From assembly GCA_050633305.1 (NCBI GenBank), contig JBOEGF010000008.1, positions 320,001 through 384,000 of the forward strand: a DNA stretch of 64,000 nt. Reading direction: 5' to 3'. Each line of letters begins with the position of its first letter. The stretch's first letter is position 1. A program made the position numbers and the translations under genes. This DNA comes from Nannocystales bacterium (lineage in GTDB: Bacteria; Myxococcota_A; Polyangia; Nannocystales; Nannocystaceae). This document shows positions 27,327 through 37,647 of the stretch, one piece after another. The notes beneath the pieces were generated by a model. The model made no database searches and had not been told where the DNA came from. It saw nothing but the letters and a program-made list of their open reading frames with translations.

Positions 27327-27905
27327 GTGACGGCTGCGCCCCACCTGCCCCCGTCCGGGGGTCGCCGAGAGCTCGATGAGCTCAGCCTGGCGCGAGCGCG
27401 GCGCGGTGATCGCGACGGATGTGCGCGCTTCGTGACCTTCCACCAACGCCTCGTCTTCGCCGCGATCGGCCGCATCGTGGGCCCAGGACAGGCGCAGACG
27501 AACGTCGAGGACCTCGCTCAGGAGACGTTCCTCAAGGCCCTGCGCGCCCTGCCCCGCTTCGACCCTGCCGGGCCAGCCAAGGTCTCGACCTGGCTACTCA
27601 CGATCGCGACCCGGGTCGCCTTGAGTCATCTGCGACGTCGCCGAATCGAGACCGAACCCCTGCACGACCTGGACGCGCGCGCGGTTCATCCGCACGACGC
27701 GCTCGATGCCCGCCAACGCATCCTCCAGGCGGCGGCGACGCTCACCCCCGAGCAACGCGCCGTGTTCGTCCTCAAAGACGTGCACGGGCTCACCGAGACA
27801 GAAGTTGCCGAAGTCCTCGAGCTGGACCTCTCGGCCGCGAAATCGAGACTGTACCGCGCCCGCGCCCGGATGCGACGCGCCCTGACGGAGGCCGATCATG
27901 ACTGA
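27327..27905 (+). CDS. ECF sigma-70 factor
   Basis: EDLAQETFLKA and STWLLTIA (region 2); LTPEQRAVFVL...EVAEVL...KSRLYRAR (region 4). Confidence 0.93.
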   Translation: MTAAPHLPPSGGRRELDELSLARARRGDRDGCARFVTFHQRLVFAAIGRIVGPGQAQTNVEDLAQETFLKALRALPRFDPAGPAKVSTWLLTIATRVALSHLRRRRIETEPLHDLDARAVHPHDALDARQRILQAAATLTPEQRAVFVLKDVHGLTETEVAEVLELDLSAAKSRLYRARARMRRALTEADHD

Positions 27906-29379
27906 CGAGAAACGCCCCCGCGCCGAGACCTCCATGGAGGGCATCGAAGCGGCTTGGCCGGTCCCTGAGCCAGATGTGGAGTTTGCAGCCGGCGTGCTCG
28001 CGGCCCACTTCTCGGACGCAGAGGCCGGCACGCGCACGGATACGAGAACACCTCGGCGACAATGGGCTTGGGGCGGGGCGGTCGCCGCTGTCTTGCTGGT
28101 CCTCGGGCTCGTTTGGGCGCTTCACGGCGGCGGAACCATCGAAGACCAGCTCGATGCGCATGAACTGGAGACGGTCGCTCTTGGAGACCGCGCAACCGCG
28201 GTGGCTCAGCCGGGCACGAAAATGAAGTGGTCGGTCGATTCCGACGGCACCACCCGAATCGATCAGAGGTCTGGCCGCGTGTTCTATCGGGTCGACCATG
28301 GTGAACGTTTCGACGTCGTGACCCCACGGGGCACGGTGACCGTGACCGGAACCTGCTTCGAGGTCGACCTGGAGCCCCCGACCATGAAAACCACCAACGT
28401 CCGCGCCGGCGCCCTCGGTGCCGCGCTCGCCTCCGCTCTTGTCGTCACCGTCTACGAAGGGGGTGTCGTTCTTGCCAATGACCACGGCAGCGTCGACCTC
28501 GCGGCTGGAGACTCTGGGCGGGTCTCCGATGCCCGAGCACCGGTTCGCTTTGACCCCGACGGCGACGACCACCGCGACTCGCAAGTCGCGGATACGCAGC
28601 TGGTCGGGAAGAAAGCTGGGGACATCGCCGGGGACCCGATGGCCCATATCGCCCGCCAGGCCAGGGACATCGACCGCATCCGAGAGGAGAAAAATGCCCA
28701 GGCCGCTCGCATTCAAGAGCTCGAAGGACAGGTCATCGAGCTCGGCGGTGCGATCGACCCCAAGAGCCCCCAGGCGGCCAAGGCTCGCGCCAAAATGTGT
28801 GCGAGCCAGAGCCGCGGCGGAACCTGTCCGTTCCTTGAGCCAGACCAGGACACGCTGATGGAGATGGCGCGGTGCGCCACGGTCAAGATCGACTCGCTCG
28901 GTTTCGTCGACAACCCCGAGCCGCCTTCGTCACGCATGGTCGCGGATCGACTCGGGGTCACCGATCCCGCGGAGGCCAAGAAGCTCCACGCGGCTGCCAC
29001 CGCGCAGTACGACAGATACAACGATGCACTGCGGGAGATGTACCTCGAACTGGGCGGTGACGAGACAACCGCCGAGGACGCGTCGGGGAAAACGCTCGAA
29101 TCGTTCATCTTCGATCAGCTGGACCAAGAGCTGGTCGGTGATATCCAACGCCGTATCGCCCAGGAGCGCGCCGGCGTTCTGCAGCCTCCAACCGACCGAT
29201 CGACGATGTCGATCGAAGAACGGGTGTCGAGGATGAGAGCCGAAACTGGGAACGATTTCGAGCGACTCGTCGGCGACAGCCTCGGAGAGGAGCGTGCTCG
29301 GGAGCTGCGTCGGAAGCACGACGGATGGCCAGGCAGTACAAGCGTCCACAGTGGGGACTGCGTGGACCCGGCGCCGTAG
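27898..29379 (+). CDS. FecR-domain anti-sigma/sensor protein
   Basis: Overlaps the ECF gene by 8 nt; single TM; FecR-like motifs FDVVTPRGTVTVTGTCFEV and VTVYEGGV. Confidence 0.8.
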   Translation: MTDEKRPRAETSMEGIEAAWPVPEPDVEFAAGVLAAHFSDAEAGTRTDTRTPRRQWAWGGAVAAVLLVLGLVWALHGGGTIEDQLDAHELETVALGDRATAVAQPGTKMKWSVDSDGTTRIDQRSGRVFYRVDHGERFDVVTPRGTVTVTGTCFEVDLEPPTMKTTNVRAGALGAALASALVVTVYEGGVVLANDHGSVDLAAGDSGRVSDARAPVRFDPDGDDHRDSQVADTQLVGKKAGDIAGDPMAHIARQARDIDRIREEKNAQAARIQELEGQVIELGGAIDPKSPQAAKARAKMCASQSRGGTCPFLEPDQDTLMEMARCATVKIDSLGFVDNPEPPSSRMVADRLGVTDPAEAKKLHAAATAQYDRYNDALREMYLELGGDETTAEDASGKTLESFIFDQLDQELVGDIQRRIAQERAGVLQPPTDRSTMSIEERVSRMRAETGNDFERLVGDSLGEERARELRRKHDGWPGSTSVHSGDCVDPAP

Positions 29380-29390
29380 GCTCCACGACA

Positions 29391-30413
29391 CTAGGCGGGG
29401 TCTTGGGCGTGCGGGGAGAGCAAGCCCTGGGCCCGCGCGCGGGACCGAAGCAGCTCCAGGAGTTCCGCCCGATCGGTGTTGTCGGCGGGGTGCTTCTTCC
29501 CCAACCGCGCCCGCTGATTCGCATCGAGGCCCAAGCGGCCCAACCGGGCAATGAACCCAGTCTGAGGATCGGGCTGCGCGCAGTGTCCCCGGCCCAATCT
29601 GCGATTGAGCACGTTGTAGGACCCGCCGATGCCCGCCGCTTCGCACTCACGCTGGTGCGCGCGGGCAGACCAGATCGCCGTCACGATCGCGGGAATCCCA
29701 TCGTCGTGGCAGAAGATCCACGGCGGCGCCTTCGAATCCCAGACTTGAACGAAGTACGCCGGGTTGAACCCGAACGGGCCGTACCCGAATGCCCACGCGG
29801 AGCCACGAGCCTCGGTGACTGTGCCGTCTGGCGTGATGCGATCGTATTGGACTTCGGCGTACAGGTGCTGGTTGCCCTTGAAGCGTCGCAGTCGCGCGAG
29901 CTTCCCCTTGAGCTTCCAATACCGAGGGTCCGTCGCGTCGGTCTGTGCGAGCGCGGTCTCGAGCTCCACTTCTTCGTCCGCATCGTAGGCGTACTTCCGC
30001 CACGCTTGGGTCGCCCCATTCACGTCGGGGTTGAGCACGTGCAACGCACTGGGTTGGTAGGTCGACTCGCGCATCGACCATGCGTGCAGCAACCGAGGCT
30101 CGGCGCCCATCTCCCGGGCGACCATCGTCACCAGGAGACGGAATCGGTCCCGGTCGGCCTTCGTCCACGGCTTGCGGATCCGGCGATGGCGAGGACGCCC
30201 GCTCTTGTCGACCACCACCCGGAACCCTTCACAAGAGTTGCGCTGAGCACCGTACGTGGACGTGAAGACCTGCTGCGGGAGATCGGCGTGCAAAGACACG
30301 ACGTGGGTGGCGGGCGACACGTCCGCGTTCGGTTTGGGCCACGCCTCGAACTGCGGAGGAGATCCGCACGCTCCGAGCAGCGCGAGCCCAAGGAGGAGCC
30401 CTCTGCGTTGCAT
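29391..30413 (-). CDS. Lipoprotein with lytic-transglycosylase-like motif
   Basis: LLGAC lipobox; LLHAWSMRESTYQPSA resembles SLT motif I (catalytic ES). The CDS is solid; the function is tentative. Confidence 0.55.
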   Translation of the reverse strand: MQRRGLLLGLALLGACGSPPQFEAWPKPNADVSPATHVVSLHADLPQQVFTSTYGAQRNSCEGFRVVVDKSGRPRHRRIRKPWTKADRDRFRLLVTMVAREMGAEPRLLHAWSMRESTYQPSALHVLNPDVNGATQAWRKYAYDADEEVELETALAQTDATDPRYWKLKGKLARLRRFKGNQHLYAEVQYDRITPDGTVTEARGSAWAFGYGPFGFNPAYFVQVWDSKAPPWIFCHDDGIPAIVTAIWSARAHQRECEAAGIGGSYNVLNRRLGRGHCAQPDPQTGFIARLGRLGLDANQRARLGKKHPADNTDRAELLELLRSRARAQGLLSPHAQDPA

Positions 30414-30460
30414 GGCCGGCGTGTTCTAGCCCGTCGTCTCCGGCCGTCAAGCCGGATTGT

Positions 30461-31714
30461 TCATGGACAATAGTCGAGACGGTCGGACAGTCCCTGACCT
30501 TGGGGTCCGGAGAAACCTGGGGGCGGCGTTTCGACGAAACAGGTCTGAAGGTCAGGACCCCCCACTGTGACCCTCAAATAGCCAAAGCGCGGTTCGCCCA
30601 GTCCCTGGTACGCACCACCGGTACCGGCAATGACTTGGCGCAATGTTGTGTCCCCAACACTAATGCCAGGAAAGTCACGCAACGCATGTGCGTGACCCGC
30701 GACGATCAAATCGACGTTCGCAATCGCAGCTTCGGCAAGAAGGCGCTGCGCCCGATCTTCGCGGGACCAACCTGCGCCGGTGAGTCCGGCGTACGGCGGA
30801 TGATGCATCACGACGATCACGTCGCGCGCATCCCCACGCTCGAACAGCTCGGGAAGGCGAGCTTCGACCGAACGCGCAATCGCACCGCTGCCCGTGTCCA
30901 GCATCACGAGCCTGAGACCGCAGACCTCCACGACGTGGTTACCCGGACCGAAGCGCCGGTTGAAGTGGGGCTGGCGTGGTCGGTAGATGTCGTGGTTGCC
31001 AGGCGTCACGACGACCGGCACCGGTGCATTCCTCAAGAGGCCCTCGACGAGGTCGAACTCGTCGTCACGCGATGACTCGGTGAGGTCGCCTGCGATCACC
31101 AACGCGACAAGGGGCTCGCCGACGATGTCCCCGTCGTCCCGCTCCCGTTCGAGTTGCTCGACGATGCGTTCGAACTGCGCAGGGTTGGTCTGAATGTCGC
31201 TCACGAACGCGACCCGGTAGCGCTCCGGACACCCACGTCGACCTCGAACGAAGACAGGCTCACCCGGGGTGATCGCGAGCTCGACGCTCCGGCGCAGAGA
31301 CTGGTCGGATGGTGCGAGCACCGGCGTCTCGGTCCCTGCTTGGTCGACCCAAACGTCTGCCGAGGGGTCAACGTTGTCGAGTTCCACGGTGACCATGTCC
31401 GGAGCTCCCTCTTCCGACTCGAGGCTGATCGCAAACCGGCCCGGCCCGGCCACACGAGCGCGTACGACCCCGTCTTCCAACTCGAGGCGACCTCGCGCAT
31501 CCCAGGTCGCGGTCGAGCGAGCAGCGGGGTCCTGAAACCGCACCTCGATCGAGGATGGCGTCCTGAGTCGAGCGAGTTCATTCTCGGCGATGACCCTGCA
31601 CTCAGGCTCCGAGTAGTCGGGGTTCGTGCACTCCGGGACGGCACACGACCCGATCGCGACGATGGACGCGAGCGCGCCAAGTCCCGCCACAGTGAAAAGA
31701 ATCTTGCGCATCAT
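30461..31714 (-). CDS. Calcineurin-like metallophosphoesterase, exported
   Basis: SDIQ, AGDL, PGNHD, MHHPP and AGHAH motifs; ATGA overlap with the upstream gene. Confidence 0.88.
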   Translation of the reverse strand: MMRKILFTVAGLGALASIVAIGSCAVPECTNPDYSEPECRVIAENELARLRTPSSIEVRFQDPAARSTATWDARGRLELEDGVVRARVAGPGRFAISLESEEGAPDMVTVELDNVDPSADVWVDQAGTETPVLAPSDQSLRRSVELAITPGEPVFVRGRRGCPERYRVAFVSDIQTNPAQFERIVEQLERERDDGDIVGEPLVALVIAGDLTESSRDDEFDLVEGLLRNAPVPVVVTPGNHDIYRPRQPHFNRRFGPGNHVVEVCGLRLVMLDTGSGAIARSVEARLPELFERGDARDVIVVMHHPPYAGLTGAGWSREDRAQRLLAEAAIANVDLIVAGHAHALRDFPGISVGDTTLRQVIAGTGGAYQGLGEPRFGYLRVTVGGPDLQTCFVETPPPGFSGPQGQGLSDRLDYCP

Positions 31715-32973
31715 CGTTGGTCTCCCGCCTCCCGTTGCCGGGCCCCGACGTCCGGCAGCACCACACCGACATTGGCCGCCGCGGACAACCCATTTCCGAC
31801 GGTGGCCCCTGCGCCGACCTGAATCGCGACCGGCCAGTCTCTCGGGCGGATCCGCGTGGCCCACCGAACATGAACCGGACCCAAGAACCCGATGACCGGG
31901 CCGAGGTTGAGACCACGCCCATCGAACCGGCTATGCACATAGCCCATGCTGAGTTGGCTGTTGACCTTGGCTCGGCGCACGGCTCCGTCCCTCCGCACCC
32001 GCTGGGTCATTGGAAAATCGACGTCATACCAAGCTTCGCCGTACAGCGGCCCGATCTGCGCCCCGCCGCGCTCGAGCCGATCTTGTCCCGGTTCGGCAAA
32101 CGAGATCGTGTCCAGTCTGGGACCGAAGTACACGGTGAACCGCTGTCGCTCCGAGAGCCGCCACCGTGCACCGATGGTGAGCGGCAACATCATGGTTCGC
32201 TCGATGACACGCTGGCTCGGGAGTCCGGGGTCGAGCGTTTCGCGGCGAATCTGAAACTCGGGCTTGTAGCGAAGCTCGGATGCGCCCAAGAACGAGGACC
32301 TGGAAAACACGGGATACGGCAGATTCACGGCCAGGTCCGCACCGACGCCGATCGACAGCCGGCGTTCGCGAAGGGACACCGGCGCTGTCCCGAGTTGCCC
32401 TTCGATGGGCTGTTGGAACTGCGGCCGCGGGTCGACATGCTGCTCCTGCCAGAGCGTGCCGCCAACGTGTCCGAACAACCGGATTCGTCCGCCACCATCG
32501 CGAAAGAAGAAGTTGGGGGCGAACGTCATCCGCATCTCGTGCGGGTTCGTCTCGTCGAGCGCGCCCGGCTGCGGCACGCTGTAATCCACGCCCAGGGTGC
32601 TGGGCCGAACACGATCCGCATCGCCCGGCGCGTCTCCTCCAAGGCGGCCGATCAGCGATCCCAGCAACGCGCCGGCCCCCGCGATCGCACCTCCACCCAC
32701 GAAGAAGGTTGCCGGGTCTCCAACGTTGCTCCGGTCGCCAATTGCGAATAGCATCGTCGCCGCGACCCCGCCGACCGCGGCACCGACCCCGAGCAAGGTC
32801 AGCCGTGCCATCGACGTACGAACACAAGGGCCTTCGGAGCCGGTGCAACACGAGAACTGCCGCTTGTCGTGACACACTCGATAGCGCGCTCCGGCGTCCT
32901 CGATTTCGATTGCGGGTTCCGGGGCGCGAGCTGCGGGAATCGCAACTGTCAGGCTCAACAGGACCGCATGCAC
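31711..32973 (-). CDS. Hypothetical exported protein, possibly outer-membrane beta-barrel
   Basis: Signal-like N-terminus and many amphipathic beta-strand-like segments with aromatic residues; coupled to the metallophosphoesterase gene. Confidence 0.55.
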   Translation of the reverse strand: MHAVLLSLTVAIPAARAPEPAIEIEDAGARYRVCHDKRQFSCCTGSEGPCVRTSMARLTLLGVGAAVGGVAATMLFAIGDRSNVGDPATFFVGGGAIAGAGALLGSLIGRLGGDAPGDADRVRPSTLGVDYSVPQPGALDETNPHEMRMTFAPNFFFRDGGGRIRLFGHVGGTLWQEQHVDPRPQFQQPIEGQLGTAPVSLRERRLSIGVGADLAVNLPYPVFSRSSFLGASELRYKPEFQIRRETLDPGLPSQRVIERTMMLPLTIGARWRLSERQRFTVYFGPRLDTISFAEPGQDRLERGGAQIGPLYGEAWYDVDFPMTQRVRRDGAVRRAKVNSQLSMGYVHSRFDGRGLNLGPVIGFLGPVHVRWATRIRPRDWPVAIQVGAGATVGNGLSAAANVGVVLPDVGARQREAGDQR

Positions 32974-33060
32974 CGCTGTTGCCGTACCACGCCGGCCGTC
33001 GTGGCGGGAAGCCGAGCCGACGACTTGCTCCGCCGGCGTCCATCCCGCAAGCTGCTCAGC

Positions 33061-34335
33061 ATGCTTGGCTTAAAGGGACAGTGGACGATGATGGGCGTGT
33101 TTGCGTCGATTCTGAGCGGTGGGTGCCAGATCGAAGACCCCGCACAGAAGGACGTTGAGCGGCTGCTGACGACGCTGTGCGAACAGACCGAGGCGTGCCG
33201 ATGTGCGGGTGAGGACGAGATGAACGCTTGTGACGTTCGGCGCTCGACGTGGAACGCTCGCCTCGAGTTCGGCCGCGCCAAGGGTCTGGTCTTCGACGCC
33301 GAATGTGTCGCGTCGGTTCAGGCCCGCGTCCAAGCGCACGGCTGCCTCGATGCCACGACCGACGATGGTCATCTGTGCGAGGGATTCTGCTCCGTGTTCC
33401 ACGGCAGCGTCGAACTTGGCGGGGACTGCGACGCCCACGACACGGTCACCAGCAACTGCATGCAGGGATCGACATGTGTCGACGGGACATGCGTCGACCC
33501 GTGCAACGCGCTCGCGGGGCTCCCCGAAGGAGCGCTGTGCAGAGACGAAAACGGAACGGACTTCGACGACTGCGCCGAGAATCTCGTCTGCGACTTCGAG
33601 TCCCGCAACTGCAGGGCACTGCCGGAGATTGGCGAGCGCTGCCTCAATGGGGACTGCGCACGCGATGCGTATTGCGACTGGAACACCGAGATCTGTCGAG
33701 CCGCGGCGCAGCTCGGTGAGCGCTGTGACCAGATCGACTGTGCCTCCGGGCTTTGGTGCGACAGGGAGGGCACGACAGCGTGTCAGGCCGATCGCGAGGA
33801 GGGTCAATCCTGTCGCAACGGTCGATGTGCGGAAGGCCTACGCTGTGACTACGCGCGCGACCGCTGCGAGACTCCTGCGGCCGAAGGGGAGCCCTGCGGA
33901 GAGGCGGGCTGCGTGGAGGGATTCGACTGCGCTCAAGGCACCTGTCTGCCGCCCGCCGAGGTCGGCGAGCGATGCGAGGGCCGCAACTGCGTGGAGGGAA
34001 GCTGGTGCGACTGGAACGTCGAACGCTGCGCTGCACTCCCTGACGGCGAGGGACAGCCCTGCCCGACGGGCGAGTGCGGCGGTCGGCTGTGGTGCGATAC
34101 GTCCAGTGTTCCCGAAGGAGAGTGTGCTCTTCGAGCCCCCTTTGGCGGGACCTGCACCGGCCACCGTCAGTGCGAATCCGGCTTCTGCCCGGCGGGGTAC
34201 TGCATCGACCTACCACTCGAAGGCGAGTCCTGCGCCAACGCAAACGCCTGCGCCAACGGACTGGTGTGCAACGGTGAGACCTGTGTGACGGCGCTCGGCC
34301 GCGGCTCCGCTGTCTGCTCCTTCGCCGGGTGGTAG
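33061..34335 (+). CDS. Cys-rich repeat lipoprotein (Dickkopf-like repeats)
   Basis: LSGGC lipobox; about 10 repeats of the form GExC...C..GL.C. Confidence 0.75.
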   Translation: MLGLKGQWTMMGVFASILSGGCQIEDPAQKDVERLLTTLCEQTEACRCAGEDEMNACDVRRSTWNARLEFGRAKGLVFDAECVASVQARVQAHGCLDATTDDGHLCEGFCSVFHGSVELGGDCDAHDTVTSNCMQGSTCVDGTCVDPCNALAGLPEGALCRDENGTDFDDCAENLVCDFESRNCRALPEIGERCLNGDCARDAYCDWNTEICRAAAQLGERCDQIDCASGLWCDREGTTACQADREEGQSCRNGRCAEGLRCDYARDRCETPAAEGEPCGEAGCVEGFDCAQGTCLPPAEVGERCEGRNCVEGSWCDWNVERCAALPDGEGQPCPTGECGGRLWCDTSSVPEGECALRAPFGGTCTGHRQCESGFCPAGYCIDLPLEGESCANANACANGLVCNGETCVTALGRGSAVCSFAGW

Positions 34336-34383
34336 CCCTCCGGCAGTTTGGAGTTTCCCCGGCCCCCGGTCCATACTCGGGGT

Positions 34384-34989
34384 GTGAAGCGATGCGGGTG
34401 GCTGCTTGCCGGGGTCTGGCTCGGGTGTGCGTCGGGGGACGAGCCCGCGACAAGTGCGGCAACGACCTTCGCCCCGATGAGTTCAGGCTCGGCAACGGCG
34501 ACCACGGCGACCCCCACCACGGCAACGTCCACCACCGCGTCCGACTCCACCGGCGGCTCCGGCGACACGGAACTGCCCACGGAGACCGCCGAGTCGACCG
34601 GCGAGACTTCGGCTGAAGCCTCCACCGACACCGACCCCCTCGGCTCCTCGGGGGGCGAGTCAACCTTCGGTGAGCCGCCCAGCGAACAACCGGAGGATGG
34701 CATGTACTCCTCGTGCGCCAGCATCGTCGACTGCATCGGCCTGACCGCCTGCCTCACGGCCACCGACACTGGCGGGCAACCGATCGATCCGTTTTGCACC
34801 GCCGGGGCTTGCAAGTCGCCCTTGGCACAATGCGACCCCACCCCGGGCGGCACGGCGGTTCCGATCTGCCTGCCCACGAAGACAGAGAGCGGCATGGACA
34901 CCGTCTGCGCCCTCGACTGTAGTCAGGGCCAAGAGTGCCCCGATGGCATGGACTGCCGGACCCTCGCGGCCGGTTCCATCTGTTCGTGA
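34384..34989 (+). CDS. Lipoprotein with Thr/Ser linker and Cys-rich C-terminal domain
   Basis: WLGC lipobox, T/S-rich linker, Cys-rich tail. Confidence 0.7.
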   Translation: MKRCGWLLAGVWLGCASGDEPATSAATTFAPMSSGSATATTATPTTATSTTASDSTGGSGDTELPTETAESTGETSAEASTDTDPLGSSGGESTFGEPPSEQPEDGMYSSCASIVDCIGLTACLTATDTGGQPIDPFCTAGACKSPLAQCDPTPGGTAVPICLPTKTESGMDTVCALDCSQGQECPDGMDCRTLAAGSICS

Positions 34990-35024
34990 CTCCGCCGCAA
35001 GACACCGATACCGTTCGGTGGCCC

Positions 35025-35474
35025 ATGTCCTGGTCCTTGCCGAAGAAGAAGGTTCTCGTCCCTTGGGATTTCTCAGCCGCCTCCCTCGAAGCGCTCGAGG
35101 CTGCGCTGACGATGGTTGAGCGGCCCGGCGACGTGACGGCCCTGCACGCCGTCGAGCCCAGCGGCGCGATCGCAACGATGAGCGAGCAACGCAACCGGGA
35201 TGCCCAGGAAGATCTTGCCGAGACCCTCGGCAAGGTGCGCGACTCGATCAACGGAGCCGGCCACGAGCACGTCGCCGCTGCCGTACGCATCGGAGGTGCC
35301 GCCGACGCCATCGCAGAGTACGCCAACGAGCACGACTTCGAGCTCATCGTCATGCCGTCGCGACGCCGCAAGGGCCTCAAGCGCTTGCTTCTGGGTTCGG
35401 TCTCCGAGCAGGTCGTGCGAAACGTGCCGGTCCCGGTCCTGTTGCTGCGGGCGTCCAACGAAGACGACGAGTAG
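35025..35474 (+). CDS. Universal stress protein (UspA family)
   Basis: KKVLVPWDFS...ELIVMPS...LLLGSVSEQVVRNVPVPVL. Confidence 0.92.
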   Translation: MSWSLPKKKVLVPWDFSAASLEALEAALTMVERPGDVTALHAVEPSGAIATMSEQRNRDAQEDLAETLGKVRDSINGAGHEHVAAAVRIGGAADAIAEYANEHDFELIVMPSRRRKGLKRLLLGSVSEQVVRNVPVPVLLLRASNEDDE

Positions 35475-35510
35475 CTCGGCAACCCGTCCCGGCCCCTTGT
35501 CTGGGATGAC

Positions 35511-36539
35511 ATGACGACCGACCCCTACCAACCCCCCGGCGGCGTGGTGGGACGCGGTCTCATGGCGGGCGCCGACGTGCTCCGCCTGCGATGGCTTCGA
35601 GCGCTGGGTCCGCTTGGAGCCCGGCTCGCGCGCGACCGAGAACTCCGGGTGTCCGTCATCTTCAGCGCGGTCGTGGTTTCGGCGCTGCTCGGTACCCTCG
35701 TGGCTCCGCTGTGGCTACTCGTCCTTGGTCCGCTCGTGTGGGGCGTCCCCCATATCGCCGCGGACATCCGATACCTGGTCGTGCGTACGGGGTTCGGGCA
35801 TCGGCGACTCCTATGGGTGCTGGGTGGGCTTCCCTTGCTGATGCTCGGAGCGGGCGTGGACCTCGTGTGGGGTTTCGTTGGGGCGGCAGGCGTCGCGCTG
35901 GTGGCCCGCGCTCCGCTGGCTCGGCGACTCCTCGCCGCGGCCGTCGTGCTCGGCATCGGCCTCGGACTCGACCACCTGGGCCCGAGCAGCGACATCGTGT
36001 TCGGCCACCTGCACAACTTCGGCGCCGTCGCATTCTGGTGGGCCTGGAGGGCACGGCGTGGTCGCATGCATTGGCTTCCTCTGGTTCTCCTCGTCGCCGC
36101 CTCCTGCTTGCTGCTGAGTCACCTTGGCGTGGAGTTGGTCGGGTCTGGGTTCGAGTGGCACGCGACTGGCGACAGCGCGGACCGTCAGCTCTGGCGCCTC
36201 GCCCAGGGTCTCGCGCCCATGCTCGGGATGCGGCTCGTCTTGCTGTTCTGCTTCATGCAGTCCGTCCACTACGCGATGTGGTTGCAGATGATCCCGGATG
36301 AGGAGCGCCGCCGCAGCACGGTGATGACGTTTCGCGCCAGCGCTCAAGATCTCGAGCGAGACTTCGACCGCGTCGCCCTGTGGGTGATCGCCGCGCTGGC
36401 GGCGGCGCTCATCGCCTGGGCGTGTTTCGACATGCTTGCGGCCGGCCAGGGCTACTTCCGGGTCGCACGGTTTCACGGGACCCTCGAAGTGATGGCTGCG
36501 GTGTTGTTGATCCTCGAGCGAGCCCCGCGGCGCGCATGA
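35511..36539 (+). CDS. Polytopic membrane protein with His motifs, function unknown
   Basis: About 8-9 hydrophobic segments; GVPH, GHLHN, QSVHY and FHG motifs. Confidence 0.7.
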   Translation: MTTDPYQPPGGVVGRGLMAGADVLRLRWLRALGPLGARLARDRELRVSVIFSAVVVSALLGTLVAPLWLLVLGPLVWGVPHIAADIRYLVVRTGFGHRRLLWVLGGLPLLMLGAGVDLVWGFVGAAGVALVARAPLARRLLAAAVVLGIGLGLDHLGPSSDIVFGHLHNFGAVAFWWAWRARRGRMHWLPLVLLVAASCLLLSHLGVELVGSGFEWHATGDSADRQLWRLAQGLAPMLGMRLVLLFCFMQSVHYAMWLQMIPDEERRRSTVMTFRASAQDLERDFDRVALWVIAALAAALIAWACFDMLAAGQGYFRVARFHGTLEVMAAVLLILERAPRRA

Positions 36540-37465
36540 TAGACAGCGGCATGCGGCAGCCCTGGCCCACGGACGTTCCGCGCCTGACGTACGGCATCAC
36601 ACCGCCCAAAGTCTCGTTCGACGCGGAGCGACGCAAGAGCCTCGCCGAGCAGCAGACGGCCCGGATCCAGGGTCTGCCCGTCGATGCGCTGGTCGTCTAC
36701 GACCTCCAAGACGAGAGCAGCCGCACCGATGCGGTCCGGCCGTTTCCGTACCTTCAGACCGTCGACCCGCTGGAGTACGCCACCGAGGATCTAGCGGGCC
36801 TGGGCGTGGACAAACTCGTCTACCGGTCCGTCGCCAAGCAAGACGAGGCCGAGATGCTCGCGTGGATGCAGCGCGCACAAGCCCACCGACTGGCCACGGT
36901 CTTTGTGGGGGCCCCCTCGCGCGACGCGACCGTCCGCCTGCGCCTCTCCGATGCGTACAGGCTGCGGCAAAAGCACTGCCCGGGCTTGTCCTTGGGGGGA
37001 GTGGTGATCGCCGAGCGCCACCGTGCCCGGGGTGAAGAAGACGCCCGTGTCGCCTTCAAGCAACACGCGGGCTGCTCGTTCTTCGTCAGCCAGGCGGTGT
37101 ACGACGTCACCGCAACCAAGGACCTGCTCAGCGACCTGTGGTTTCGTAGCGTGCGCGACGACAAGCCCATGCCTGCTGTGTTGGTGACCTTGAGTCCCTG
37201 CGGCTCCCCCAAGACGCTGGAGTTTCTCGATTGGCTTGGCGTCGTCGTACCGCGGTGGGTGCAGAACGAGCTCCGAGAGGCCGGCGACATTCTTCAGACC
37301 TCGGTCGAGACCGCGCTTGCAGCGTTCGAAGAACTGCACGCGTTCGCCGACGCGAAAGGGTTCGCGATTGGGTGCAACGTGGAGAGCGTCGCGCTTCGAC
37401 GGGCCGAGATCGATGCGTCGGTGGAGATGGTCCACCGCGTGGCAAAGGTGATCGGACGCAGCTGA
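36536..37465 (+). CDS. Methylenetetrahydrofolate-reductase-like (FAD-linked oxidoreductase) protein
   Basis: YGITPP, VYDLQDE, GGVVIAERH, GCSFFVSQAVYD, FLDWLGV; ATGA overlap with the membrane protein gene. Confidence 0.72.
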   Translation: MIDSGMRQPWPTDVPRLTYGITPPKVSFDAERRKSLAEQQTARIQGLPVDALVVYDLQDESSRTDAVRPFPYLQTVDPLEYATEDLAGLGVDKLVYRSVAKQDEAEMLAWMQRAQAHRLATVFVGAPSRDATVRLRLSDAYRLRQKHCPGLSLGGVVIAERHRARGEEDARVAFKQHAGCSFFVSQAVYDVTATKDLLSDLWFRSVRDDKPMPAVLVTLSPCGSPKTLEFLDWLGVVVPRWVQNELREAGDILQTSVETALAAFEELHAFADAKGFAIGCNVESVALRRAEIDASVEMVHRVAKVIGRS

Positions 37466-37647
37466 GCGTCGCTTGCTGCTCGCTTGCGCCCCGAACCGAA
37501 TCTCAGCCCAACGTGACGCGCCGATCCGATGGACTGTCATTCGCCGTCCCCGACTTTGAACGGGCAGACATTTCAGTTCTCCCCGAGCAGCGGGTGTCTC
37601 CACGGCTGCTCGCGCACGTCTGCCGGCGATGCCCGACTCGGTTGTTT

